Below are positions 24,966-37,236 of a DNA stretch of 64,000 nt, piece by piece. The translations under genes were made by a program, and so were the position numbers. A model generated the notes under the pieces. That model ran no database searches. It saw only the letters and a program-made list of their open reading frames with translations, and was not told the origin of the DNA. This stretch comes from Bispira polyomma. Lineage: Eukaryota. The DNA is taken from positions 35,650,001 through 35,714,000 of the forward strand of contig OZ287756.1 of assembly GCA_965649765.1 (NCBI GenBank), in the 5' to 3' direction. Numbering within the stretch: the stretch's first letter is position 1; every line of letters begins with the position of its first letter.

Positions 24966-26101
24966 CTGCCGTAGGTCCATTGAATTACAGTTAAAAACTT
25001 CTCTATCTTTTTAGATAAAAGCTGTTATATACAAGTCAAGTCTCTCCTAGTGCTGTGGTTTGGCACAAGAGGAGGTTTGATGGACCGAGAGTACAGACTG
25101 GCAAGGAAATAGGCAATGGGCAGCTGGCACTGATAGACAACATTAAAGATGACACAGAGATAGCCAGGATTAGTGGTAGGGTGGAACCAGTGCTGAAGCA
25201 CTGTTAAATACCAAGCCACCTGATAAACTTTCCCACATAAAGAAGGAATCTGTGGGATTTGATCCCCAGAGGTGAGAGCCCAGTGATATCAAAGCAGACC
25301 CTTATAACCGATAGGCCACCACAGTTCCTCAAGTCACATGAACAAACAAACATATCTGGAAGAAGGACAATCTCTTTCAAATCAGCCACTATGTTAACAA
25401 CGTCTAATTATTCTTAATCATTTCCTGTTTGATTTTAAACCTTTATTAGGAGACCACCTCTCTGTAAAGACCAGTTTTATGTGTCCATTTGGGTATGATT
25501 TCATGGTATTGTATTGACATTTACAGCTAACTTTGTATATGAATAAATAAATCATTTATATGTAGCTTCTATTGACTTGAGTCTTATGTGAGTATATTAC
25601 TTTTAAGGTCTCATTACATTCCAGTGTGTATCTCTGGTGAAAATCAGTAGCACATTACTTAAGAAGTGGTGTAGATTACTATAGACAAGCTCCCCCTCCC
25701 CCTTTTACTGTAACTACATCCATAAGTGAGCAGCCTTTTGAAGTGGAGGTGCCACCTTACAGTAAAGGTCCACCTTCTGCCTGTCTTTGATTTCCACGCC
25801 TCAATGCCCCTCCCTTCACACAACCTCCTAAGTCTTAGAATACTGGGCATTCAGAGACGTTTGTGAGTTATCCCTCTATAGTCGTGTTTTGACATGCGCA
25901 GTCTTGCACATGTGCGCCTGTTGCCATGGTTGAGTAGTCATAGCAACTCTTTTGATCTTGTTATTGATTTATGGGTATACTGTATGAGGCAAACACCCCT
26001 TTAGTTCTTGATACAGAAGATCATATTTTGTTCTATTGCTTCAGTTCTATACTAGAAGACGAGCATATACTTGTAATAAACTGTAGTGATATATACAAGT
26101 A

Positions 26102-26284
26102 CAGTAAAATCTCTATTATCTCAACATGTTGGGAGCAAGATTTTGTTCGGATAAAAGAAGGTTCATAAAACAAAAGATGTCAGTGAGAATAATACAATAG
26201 GAAACATAATTTTGGGAGAGTGAAACTGGGTTTGTAATATTGAATGTTAGGATAACAGAAATTCAGATAATAGAGGTTCTACTG
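26102..26284. mobile_element. Tc1/mariner (pogo/Tigger-like) MITE
   Basis: TIRs CAGTA(A/G)AA(T/C)CTCTATTATCT with TA on both sides (26100-26101 and 26285-26286). Confidence 0.8.
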
Positions 26285-26819
26285 TACATGTATTTCATAG
26301 CATAAATTTCTTATTTATCTTGTAACCCAGTCACAATTTGGTTCAATGTCTCAAGTTACAAGTTTTAGTTCCAAATATCAAACGGATATATGTGTTTGAT
26401 ATATGATGCATATGGATGCTGTACTCGCATGTAGGAAATAGGGCTTAACTAAATATATAAACCATCTGTCTTGATGGCACTCTTTTAGGAAACCAATTTT
26501 CACCTGACAAACTGACAACTAATAATAATCAAATTAAATTTTTCTAAACAAAACTCCACCAAAATTAAAAACCAATTCAGTTATAAATGTTAACTTTTTT
26601 ATTTTGTTAGATATTCGAATATTCAAAACCAAACAACGTTGAGTAGGTGGTGTCTGTATAAATTAGTCATATGTGATACACATATCAAAGTATCAAACTC
26701 TAGTATTTCACAATTTTGATACAAGTTTATATGTATAGATGTTAATTTAAACCCCTTTCATTTCTTGGATATGTGTGCCTGCAGAACTTTGATTTTAAAC
26801 ATTCGATACCAGACTTGAT

Positions 26820-27450
26820 TCACTGCAGTTATCAACACAAGTTGTCTACACAAAACTACCAATATCTCAGAAGCTTAATCCCAAAACACCTTAAATTACT
26901 GCAGTTATCAAATTGAGTTGTATTGTCTGTCTAAAAACACGTCCAGTATGTCAGAAGCTCAATCCGAAAAACCTTAAATTGTTGCAGTTATCAACATAAA
27001 TTGAATATTATCCTGAGAACAGGTCTTTTGTGACAGAAGTTTAATCCGAAAAACCTTAAATTACTACGATTATCAACTTGAGTGGAATTTTGTGTCTGGA
27101 TAAAACGTCATGTGTGTCAGAAGCTTAACTCAGATGAATCATAAATTAATGCAGTTATCAGCTTAAGTTGTGTCTTTTACATGAATGGCTGCAGTTGTTA
27201 AATTGTGTCGTGTGTATAGTTAAAACGTATTGTGTGTTGGGAAAGCCTTCAATTACAGCAGTCATTATTTAAGTTGTGTCCTTTACATGGATTATTGCAG
27301 TTATCAATATAGGCTATGTCTTTTATATGTACAAAACATCTTGCGTATTCAGAGCTTAATCCTGAGAAAGTTGGAATTACTGCAGTTATTAACTTGTGTC
27401 TTTTCAGTTCTGTGTGGTTTAAACGTCTTATGTGTTAGGGGGCCTTAAAT
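26820..27450. repeat. Diverged tandem array, main period 76-85 bp with some ~40-bp half units
   Basis: CAGAAGCTTAATCC...AAATTACTGCAGTTATCAA-like blocks anchored at 26822, 26898, 26981, 27063, 27148 and 27379. Confidence 0.85.
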
Positions 27451-29724
27451 CCAGAAAACCCTGTGTAGAGATTTGATCCAGAAGGATCCAGGCATGAATG
27501 TTTTTATCCCCGTAGATCGGACTGTCCAGATAAAGTCTCCTCTGATTGGGACGTGCGATTTACGAGCTGCTAAAACGTACCCAGTACGTCTGGAAACTGA
27601 CGTGTTGAGGGGAAGACTGGTACAACCTAAAACACGGAGTGGTATGGCCGTGTTTTCCGAGATATAGTTTGAGTGCATTCGTAAGCTTTCCTATTTTAGC
27701 AGTTGTTTGAACATATATTTACTGAAACGACAGTTATTTTATTTAGTTTGTTATAGTAAGATGTACTTTAGAAGACATTCAAAAACAAACAAACAATATT
27801 CAAATTAACTGGGTCACACAGTGGACTTGCAAGGTCACTGCAATTATGGTATACACAAACAGTGGTTTATATACACAATGGCTACTATCAGTATACATTT
27901 TGTATGAAATATAGAAGGAATATCACACCAAATAAGATTGGGACTGTAGTCCACATACTCATAAAGTGATCAATACAGTCAACACCTAGGTCATAGCATG
28001 AGTTAAAGAACAAATGTTGTTGATATCGAGCTAACAGCTCTATAGATAGACATTGATTCAAGTTTAGTATTTTCTTCAATTTGAACTCTTCTCTTTGTTT
28101 TTGGTAATCACTAAACTCTACCTAACAAAGGATTCTTATTGTTTCTCTTTTAAAAACAACTAAGACCACCTTGAAAACCCTTGTAAATCTGTAAGGTTTA
28201 CATTAACGAAATAATAAAAATCAAGAAATAAATCGCAAACAAAGTATTCACCTTTTAAACTTAATGACCCTAAATTTTAAGTAATTTGGTCAATTTGTGC
28301 CTCCAAACCTTTAGTTAGTGTTTGTGTTGGCTTTTACACAGAGACGGATACATCCACTTTATGTAGGTCCATTCCGGGGTAAAGCTAGTACCACCTGTAA
28401 GAGCCAGGCCTACATCAGTGATGATCCATGGCCCAGGGATCAAAGGTCGGAACTGTGGTGCAGCCCGGCGGCGGCAAGAGGGAGAAGGATGTAGGTGGCG
28501 TTGATGTATGGACAGGGGAACGACGGAGGAGATGGTGGGGGAGTAATGGGGAGGGGCTTAAACTCTGGATCTTATACTAGCTGTGTGTCCAGAAGTGGAG
28601 AGAATAAAAGGGGAAGAATTGCATGTGTGTGTAGTTGGAGAGTATTATTATTGCCTTCCTTTGTTAAGATTTTTGAAGAGAAAAGAATTAGATTCTGCAA
28701 ACAACCAATTCAAATGACATTTGTCATTGTGAGCCATATTCTTCAATAACAGTTCTCAGTGAATAACACAGCTGTCAGTTGTTATTTATAGATGGTTTGG
28801 CTTGTGGTAACGTTCATCCTTTGGCTGACCACACATTCTAATGAACTTGTGTCAACGATTCCGATTGGTCTTAGAGTACGGTAAAATTCAGAATTTCAAT
28901 GTCAGAAGAACCAAGACTGTTTTCTACATATATTATATTGATTATGCCTAGTTCTAACTTGAAGTATAACTCGATTTAGGTAATAATTTAGTAAGTAATA
29001 TATAAACAGGGATATAGGGGGGGGGGGGGGGGGGTTCACCATTCTTGGAGTTGGAAAAACACTCAAGCTTCACATTTGTGTTCTTAGACCTCTAATTCTG
29101 GAGACACATTCAGTTTTGTTACATGTCATGTGACTATGGTTCAGCCTATAACAAATTGAGGATGTAAGATATGTATGCAATAAATAGTATTTTTAAATTG
29201 TTGTATGATAAAGAAAAGGTTTAAGGAGTTATATACTATCATTATAAAGAGGTGTTTATGACATAACTAAATAGCATCACACAAAAAGACAAATGTTTTG
29301 GAACAAGCCATACTTTTATGGATTGTCAATATTTTTAGTAAAAACAAATCTACATATTTTCCACTATTATTTTTGTAAATTTAGAGAAATGCACTTGTGG
29401 GCATTCCACAAACATCTGGACGGTCAGTGATTTGTGGAATTTTGTGATACACACTCAACCTATGGGCAAATCTACAATCTCCCATGTATATGTATATGAT
29501 AGATAAGACACCCTATTCCCAAAATGAGAATGGCATGTTCATATGTAATCTGGTTTTGTTGACATATTTCACAGTTGGAAATTTTATAATAAATTATACA
29601 CCATTATAAACTACTTTAAATGTCTTACCACATATTTCCATACAGATGTGATGTGCAAACCTTTGTAAGACCTCCAGATTAAATTTGGACACCCTTGTCA
29701 CCTTCAACTGTTGATGATTTTGAA

Positions 29725-29905
29725 TTTATTTTGGTTTAACGTCACTTTCAGTATCGTTGATCATGTGTATTGTTGGCGGAAGGGAGCACTTTTCTACTGT
29801 AAACCCTGACTTAGGGCAAGTACCCGGCCAACCGTCATGAATCAAACAGTGGAATTCTCAAACCCACATAGCCTCAGACGTGACAGGCTTACTAGGTCAC
29901 CATGA
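29725..29905 (-). mobile_element. Degenerate V-SINE-like copy
   Basis: TTTTGGTTTAACGTCACTTTCA (reverse tail), GGCAAGTACC (reverse core), CTAGGTCACC (reverse A-box). Confidence 0.6.
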
Positions 29906-30689
29906 CCTCTAGAATTATTATGCAGAACACATATTGTTATTCTTTGGATATTACTTTTTTCTGGATGTTTTCTAATTTAAATAACTTCAAAGATGCCATA
30001 CTATGAAGTATATAAACATGTCATGCCCCTGCAATGTCAGGATTTTGCAGAAAGAAATTAAGTAGAACTACAAAACTGGCTTTCAATAGTTCATTCTACT
30101 TACAATAATGACTCTGATCATAAACCAAACACCCCCATAAAAACTACACCCAATAGTGACTTTAAACTGATACACCAATTCAACATACCTTTTAGATTTA
30201 TCTAAGAAAGCTGATAACTATGGAAAAAGTTTATTATTATTCTCATAATCGTATCCTCTCTTCACCACTACCTTTAAACAAAAATACCCTGTCAATTTTT
30301 CATAGCAGAATAAGACACTGTTTTTGTGGCTTCTCTCCCAGTTTAACCCCTGAGTTCTCTAAGACCCCAGTAAAACAAGCCCTAAGAGGATTATATAAGG
30401 ACCCTCCCCAGCTTTTGAAGTGCTTAAATAGCATTTAACTTTTAATCCCGAGTTTGTAAAGAGGGGTGGCTCCTTGAACCCAAAGACTGGCCTAGGGTGT
30501 AGGTTATCAGCTGGGCCAAGTGCCCTCTTCACAGCCTCGGTTTGACTTACACAACGCAAACAAGCCTGGCTCAGGCTAAAAACTGAATTTTATTGGGTTT
30601 TAAGTCACGTTCAGATTTAATGGTGGAAGAAACCAATATTGTAGATGTAAGTCCAAGTATACAGGTAAAAGATTTACAAGTGATGCTCC

Positions 30690-30940
30690 TACTCAATGGA
30701 ATAGTTTACCTCAACACATTAGAACAGCTCTATGCCTGCATTCCTTCTGGCGTAGTTTAAAGACTCATCTGTTCAATGATGCATTCCCTCCATAGTCTCT
30801 TGACTGTTCTCAGTGGATGTATTGATGACGACTTTCTTCTGTCAATCATTATTGATTTTTGGCTCTGGTTGTGTTTTTTTGCGCCTTAGAATTTGTTACA
30901 ACGAATATAAGTGCTAAAAATGTCTGATATGATATGATAC
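30690..30940 (+). mobile_element. L2-type LINE 3' end, apparently inserted in a minus-strand SINE
   Basis: TTAAAGACTCATCTGTTCAAT (LKTHLFN), GCGCCTTAG and a (GATAT)n tail; SINE pieces at ~30585-30660 and ~30941-31000. Confidence 0.65.
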
Positions 30941-31424
30941 TGTATGGCAGGTACCTGACAAACCTTCCCACATGAAGGAACAACTAGCAACAGTGACTCC
31001 TTGACAAGGCTAGAGCACAGATCAAAACAAAAGAGAATTGAATGGCAAAATCAAATACAGGAATATGAAAGCTAAAACTAAATCCACAAACTGATTATAA
31101 AATATTAAAAAATAAAGGACTAAACATTCTTTTACGGCAGTTAATGCAGTAAATGCTAGAAATGGCTACTAAAATTCCTTGAAAGAAATCGGCAACTTTA
31201 AATCCACTCAAAACACTCTGCTCCATTTATATGTCCTGCTTTATGAAATATACTCATTTTGAAACATTCTTATTTGAGAATAAAATTTCCCCCCCCCCCC
31301 CCCATCTCTTTACATATAATTATGTTATAAATATAATTAAGATCTTAATACCTCATGGACTGTTTTAATAAGTGGTAATTTCAATGGACAGTTTTATATC
31401 TACTTTATCCATTATACTGTTACA

Positions 31425-32250
31425 GTTAATGATTTTTTTTGCATCTTGTAAAGTGCAACAACAGAATCGGTTAACCAGGTTAAAAACATAGCCACGGTCG
31501 TAAGGAAGGATATGGGGGTGTACAGGGAGCGAACTCAGAGGGATAGGCCAGATTGAAGAGATTAGTTTTAAGCTTTTTCCTAAAACTACAAAGTGTTTCA
31601 AGTGATTTGAGCTCAACAGGGACTGTTGCATAAGATATGGCTAGCAATAGAGAAAGCTCTAGATCCAGCCCTCTCGGTAGGTTTAACAGAGGAGACAGAA
31701 AGTCTCTGTCCCCTTTTAAGGTTACAGAAGGAAAGGCGAGCATCAAGGTAGAAAGGCTGTTGAGGGACAATAGCTATGAAAGTGGTTACATGGATTTTAA
31801 CCCCTTCGACACCGATGGAGAGTAATTATACTATACTGAGGGAGAATTCTTTGTTCTACTGTCATGACGTTACAGATGACGTTTTTGCTACTACCTATTA
31901 CCTCACAAATTAGAACATGTATGTTAAACCCATTCTACCAAGTACATTGTATCCCGAGGTCCTGAGGGAGCTTTATAATAATATTATATACGGTTGACTT
32001 CTGGTCGACGGACAATTGTATTGGTGGATGTAAACAAAATAGATAATAAATGGAAGGCCAATGTAGTTTTTTGAGGCATGGAGAGATATCTGTATGGATC
32101 CACAGTCGAAAAATGACTTGACACAGATAGTATTGAATAGACTGCAACTTGTTTATGCGAGACTTTTTTGCTTTGAGCAATCAATCGTGATCCATATCGG
32201 TATAGACTTGCATTGATATCTCAATACAAAATTGTTGAAGTGGGGCCTAA
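31425..32250 (-). mobile_element. L2-clade LINE ORF2 3' fragments (~31425-31810 and ~31990-32250)
   Basis: Peptides INKLQSIQ...ISPCLKKLHWP and PVELKSLETLCSFRKKLKTNLFNLAYP are typical L2 ORF2 C-terminal motifs. Confidence 0.82.
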
Positions 32251-35050
32251 GCTAAACACACTTTTACTATATATAGTAGTGATAGAGCACCCAGTCATCA
32301 TTGACCCAGTGTTTTTTTAATTTGAAAAATGAAACCACTAAACATTGCAGCAATCTCTAGGTTCTAATTTAAGCAATTGTGGGAATTGGAATAGATAATC
32401 TGCATAAAGGGGTGATTTTGTAAAGACACATAAAAGTCATAAAGCGATTCTGCATGTGTATTGACAGCTCTTATATATGTGTAGTATAGCTCATGGTGTC
32501 ACCACTGGCTTTGTGTGACAGTAACTATGACTTACACATACAGACTTACAGTGACACACACAATGTCACACACAGCTGGGTAACATGTGAAAACACTGTC
32601 ACGGTGTTTGATCTTTATCTCAAACATGTATAGAGTTACTCAGGGACATGATGATTTGGTAAGTTTAAACCAAATCAAGTAACACAAACTATGAGTTATA
32701 TAACATCTCAATATGTGTGCTCTCTGTAACCTGGTGGTTAGATCATTCAACTTTTGATCATAAGGTACCAAGATCCATCCTTGTTGAAGCTCTGCAGAGT
32801 GCACAATTGGTCAAAGATTGTTATTCTTAAATTTTTATCTCAAGCAATTTGATTGTCTGAAAGTCTTATTTCAAAGAATTTGATTGGCCGAGTCTAAGAA
32901 AATTCTCAGATTTGTATTCTAAAAATGTCGGTGAATATGGCCCCTTCTCCCACATAGGCATTCGTTTTTGCAATGTATATGGCAGCATTGTGTCAGGAGC
33001 TGAGAGTTTATAACTAGTTGACAAAAGTGGAAGAACCCAGGCTTGGGTTTAAATTATAAAGTTAAATGTGACCGCATTAGGAGTGATATCAAAATATAAA
33101 CCTACATTTTGGTTTTCAGGATGTGTGTTGCTTTAATTTATGGAATTATTGGGGATTTTTTTCAGGTTTCACTTACATAACAACCTTGTCAGAATCAAAA
33201 TATTGGTGCTTCAAACATAAACACTGTTCCAAATCAAATTTAAATTGAATTAATAATTCATTTTACCAGTGTCAAGTGTAATCTTAAAGTATCACAATAT
33301 CAGTGGTAACTTTTGTAATAGACTAGAACATAATACCTGTCAGTAGCACACGTCATAGATATGATATGTCCCACTCCCACCAATACACCCCTCCACCAAC
33401 TAATTGCCAAATAGTTGACCCTGCTTGGCCACTTCAAAGATTCATTAGTCGTAGATTGTTGGACCTGTCTAGTGTACAGTTACATCACTTAGATGGGCTG
33501 GTTACATCATACACCAACTGCTCCCAGAGAAATTCATTACTTTGTGTACAAGGCGATGTTTCCACTCGATTGCACACAGGTTCAATAAAGCCACTACTAG
33601 ATTGAGAACGATTAAACAAGAGAATGGCTTTCATCAAGTGTAGGCCACGCGACTAGGGCTTCAACAACTCCCGGAAATCGCCAGGAACCCAGTAATTAGG
33701 GAAGTGGATGCACCTGCGCGCGCACGGATTGCGTGACTGTCGTGTCCCAGAGCAAAAGATGTAAAAACAATCTAATTAGAATGTCAAGTTGTGTCCTTTG
33801 TATTTGTTGTGATTCCTTCTTGTTGTTCGTTATTGTGTGAAAAGAAGAGGGAGGGGGGGAGGGGGGGGGGTTTATATCTAGACAGAGGAAGAAATGGGAG
33901 GAAATAAGACACCAAAACTTTCTCCAAGAGGAAAATATATTGTAAAGTGACGCCCAGCTAACAGTTATATGATGCCTGGGGTAGATGGCTGGTTTCACTA
34001 TCCTTCTGTCCAATTCAACTCATTTTATTTAATCAATTATTCAGTGATTGATCTCTAGATTATATCAGAGTGTTTATTGAAGTAAGATTTATTTTAATAA
34101 GATATTGGATGTGATAGATATTCTGTGTTGATTGAGTAAAATATTGTGTAATGTATACTTTTTCATCAATGTACAAAGAAACGCCCTCCCGATATGTTAG
34201 ATTATTTTACTCTACTTTTTTAATATAAAATTCAGTAAGTCAAAAAGGCCACCACTTGAGTTACAAACTGTATCTCATAACACATTCCAAGTGAAGCTGA
34301 CACCTGTATGTGAAGTTGTTTTAGAAATGAAGAAGTGTTCCATTTTACAAATAAATATGCTGACCCTCTTGAAATTGTTTTTGTGCCTTCAAGAACCCTT
34401 GAGATTTTAACACAATAGGATGTTTTTCAGTTAAGTACAAAGCAATAATGGCTTAAAATGATCCAAACACTTCTCAAAACCACTCCATTTTCTGTGCCTT
34501 TAACACCAAAGTTCAAAAACCAGCAAACTGTTGATTTCAAAGGCCAGAGTGAGAGAGAAAAAGTGTATATAGTTGTAAGATTACACAGAGACTTTCCAAA
34601 GGTAACAGTCTCTCTGATGTACTAGGCAGAAACAGTGGATGCACATCTTGAAATAACCCTACCCTTCTGGGATGAAACAATGAGCTTTAACTGGGAGATC
34701 AGGCAAAGAAGATGAATTAAGAAATTGGCGAAAGGGGCTTAAGCTTCTCAAGTTGCCCTTTTTGACAAATTGTCCTCTTTTAATTAAGGGGGTGAATTCC
34801 CCCGACTGGGTGTAAGAAGTTGCCATCTGAAGGTATTGAGGTTCTCAGCTCACCTAGTGAGAAGTCTGGGAGGACCTGGAATAAGCAGCCCAATAAATGG
34901 GGTTAGGATTACTTCAAAGATAAGACTGATTAAGGCAGGGCAATGGGGGGGACAGAAGTCTGTGAAAGATGTCACTTCAAGCTGACTTAGGTCCAGTTAT
35001 CTTAGACTCACAAAAGCAGCTTGATATATAGTACAGTACCTATATGTTAG

Positions 35051-37236
35051 GAATCTTCTTAGCCAAAAAGGACTGTTTGTTCTTGCAAGCAGATACGTTG
35101 CATCATGATTCAGCGATGCTAGTTATATAAAAACCCCACCAACCCTGCGATAGAGAAATCTCACCATGCATTGTAGTTTTAAATCAGCCAACATGATCAC
35201 AATGTCCCACAAAGAATCTTGGAGTAAAGTAAGACAAATAAGAGACATTGCATACAGTTTTAAATTTGAAGTAAACCAGATATAGTCTTCTTATATAGTC
35301 TTCTTCTTATAATGGACAGTTGTTGAATAAGATATTAAACTGAATATGAATGAAACAATTTTGTATCTGGCAGTTAATATCTGATAAATTTGAATACAAT
35401 ACAATATTTGTGAATTATGACCGAGAAACTAATTCAGTAAAAATCCTGTAGCAGAGAGAAGCAATGTTTACACCTGATCAACAAATACCAGGTGGATGAG
35501 GTTTAACTGCTTAACCTGGTTACCTGATATGTTTTCCTGTACCTAATAACATAGTGCATCACCTACAATGACACTGTGGATTTTACGTTAACCCAATATT
35601 TGCTCTAACATTCAGTAAATGTGATTTCCCTCAAAATCTAATGAATTCTATGACCACCTTATTGCCACTTCACTGCTGAACCAAACAGATTATTGCACAA
35701 AATGGAGGAATTTTCATCTTTTATAAATGACCAAAACCCTGAAAAATTGCCAAACAAAAGCTGTGTAAAGATAGGAAAACAGAATTAGAAGGACAAATAA
35801 TGGCAAGTGACTTTTGAGCCGAGGGCACTTGGTTAGTGGAATGTGCAACTTATATTGTTTGTTATTGTTTTATTTGTGTACTACGTCATCAAAAGTGGCC
35901 CATCCAGGGGAATGAAGAGTTTGCAACTGGATGCCCAAAGTGTGTTGAAATCAGACACCTATTTAATGATGTGTTTACTTTATATGTCAGCTAAGAACTC
36001 TTCAGATTCTGACAAAAAGGATGAAGATTATACCTCTATATATTGGCATTGTCACAAAAAAATCCCACAGATGTTTAAAAATAATACATTGGGGGTTAAA
36101 GTTTACAAAATGTTTTGTTTTTCTCTAACATTTTTTGTTTTGTTTATGATTTTAGTTTTATAGTGAATTGTGGCATTTACATTTGGGAGCAACGAGTACC
36201 AAAATGAGCATCAAGAGTGCATCTCATTCTAGGTGGACTGTTGGAGTATTGACATTGATAGGGACCTGTTTTGATTCATTGTTTATTAAAATTTGAGTTT
36301 ACTCAACCAAAACAGGTTAAGTTCCAGTGGTGGGCGTTTCATCCTGTTTCATTGTTGCTTTTTATTAATTTTGAGAATGTTTAATTGTAAATATTGGGCC
36401 AGAGGTCAATTATTGTAATAGAGTATTTAGTACAAATTTACACTTTTACCAACAGCAATTTGATAGCTGATTGAGTCAATACATATTTGCTGCACCTTGA
36501 CTTGAAGGTGATATACTTTGTGTGATGACATTTATTTTGTCTTTAATTAGCCTATGTATAGATATTAGAAATAATAGAACTAATGTTATCAAATGGATTG
36601 CAACATATGAACATATGACCCGATCTATCGAATTGGCTATTCGTGGAGTTGGAAAATTGGTTTCACAAATTAATCTGGCTGATCCGTCTGTAGATTACCC
36701 TCTGACACCACATTTTGATATCAAAATGTAAGTCATGTTTGTGTTACGTTATAACATTAATGCATCACAGTGACACCAATAACATGGAACGAATGTACAC
36801 TTATGGTCACTGATCCTCACTTTTACAGACAAATGTCCATGATAAAGATTACAAACTAGTGACTGCAAACCATATACTGCAACATTCTAAAGAAACATGG
36901 GGACACCTCACTTATCAAAACTTTTCTAAAACATTATGACCCAGTAACGCGACTAAGCATCATGGATAAATCTGTGATAGATTTGTGGCAACCATTTGTG
37001 TAAATGAGACCCAGGTATTGCTCACCTCTATTTGTGTAATACGTATTCGGGCTATTAAAGGTGGTATTCTGATATACACTATACATCTTTCTCAGTTTGC
37101 CTATTGATTTGTTCAGACATTTAGTTTTACTGGTCTTTGCATTTCTAAATAATGCTAATTCAGATGCTACTTACTCACTCACTCTATCTACCCATCATAT
37201 ATTGACATCATTAAAAACCACCAAACAATGGCTGTG
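35051..37236 (+). pseudogene. Decayed compact multi-exon gene of unknown family (about 9 exons)
   Basis: Exon-like blocks ~35051-35228, 35299-35491, 35616-35831, 35882-36070, 36164-36315, 36391-36507, 36562-36727, 36829-37014, 37117-37236, separated by ~50-125-nt introns. Splice phases match across the six junctions from 35831 onward if two frameshifts and three mutated splice dinucleotides are allowed. About 15 of ~20 internal stops are TGA. Confidence 0.62.

Noticed and set aside
26820-27160. CRISPR-like look: a ~43-bp conserved block alternating with ~32-41-bp variable segments
   Set aside because: The variable segments resemble each other (GAGTTG...TGTC...AAAAC.GTC), the repeats are degenerate, there are no cas genes and the DNA is eukaryotic. 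It is an old tandem repeat.
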